From contig CM119266.1 of NCBI GenBank assembly GCA_051294375.1, positions 25,482,519 through 25,546,518 on the forward strand: a stretch of DNA of 64,000 nucleotides. Reading direction: 5' to 3'. This stretch comes from Paraspadella gotoi. Lineage: Eukaryota; Animalia; Chaetognatha. The notes under the pieces were generated by a model, which saw nothing but the letters and a program-made list of their open reading frames with translations, was not told where the DNA came from and did not search any database. This document shows positions 63,319-64,000 of the stretch, in pieces; position 1 is the first letter of the stretch, and every line of letters starts with the position of its first letter. A program made the translations under genes and the position numbers.

Positions 63319-64000
63319 GAAAGAGAGGGATGCAATGAGAAGAGAGGAAGAAGGGAGGAAAGAAAGAAAGACGGGGACCGGGAGATAAGATGGATTATGA
63401 AGTATATGAGGGGAAAAAGGAGAAGGAAAAGGAAAAGCGAAGTGTTGAGCAGATGGAATGATAAGAATATCTATTGCTATCAGTTAGGGAAAAAAAGATC
63501 AAGTTGGAAAGAATATAGAGAAAAGAAAGGATAGAAAGAAAAAAAGGAAAAGGGAAAAGAAAAGGAGTGAGGTGGAGAATAAAAGCCAGAGAGAGATCGC
63601 TGACGAGGTTAAAGTAAAAAGTTCTTTGAAGCGGAGGCAGAAAAGAAGAAGAGAGGAAGGTAAAGAGAGGAAGAGAGAGAAAGGAGAAAGAGAGAGGCGG
63701 TGAAGAGTGAATGAGAAAAAAGAAGATGAGGGGGAAAAAGTGAAGATTGTGATGAAAATACTAATGACAGTAAAGCGATAGGGTTGAGGGAGAAGGTAGA
63801 AGATGAGAGAAAGAAAGAGAGAGTGACACGAGGGAAGACGAAAAGAAAAGAGTGAGTGCCCCCTGCCGGCCCTGCCCCCCTAAATAATCCGGCCATGAAT
63901 CTGCCGGGATTTTTTTTTTTGCCTCTTCAGCATCCGACGTTCCCACACTCTCCCGTAGATCATCTAAGGCATAAAGCGAATCTCCTTTCTCTCTCTCTCT

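Noticed and set aside
63950-63975. CCCGTAGATC, resembling miR-100/miR-10
   Set aside because: Only 10 nt match and no hairpin partner is evident.

Overview
Eukaryotic, animal-type DNA from a compact genome, with mostly 45-150 nt introns. The first ~49 kb is gene-dense and nearly all on the minus strand: DYNC1LI, KIF19, two tandem COX5B paralogues, an unrecognised 2-exon gene, an RPUSD2-like pseudouridine synthase, ABT1, QNG1, synaptojanin, POLB, an R3HCC1L-like gene and the 3' part of an unrecognised multi-exon gene. A broken LINE lies between QNG1 and synaptojanin. Synaptojanin hosts two nested genes: ZSWIM2 (antisense, 12 exons, in a 7.3-kb intron) and a 4-exon, 216-aa hydrophobic gene on the same strand in a 1.3-kb intron. 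The latter's last two exons are in phase with the synaptojanin donor. Three dispersed related elements carry Penelope-type minimal hammerhead ribozyme motifs and/or long inverted repeats. 49-64 kb is microsatellite-rich, has no recognisable gene, and contains five N gaps. Several stretches look like indel-noisy assembly. All gene models were spliced by eye and no database searches were run.
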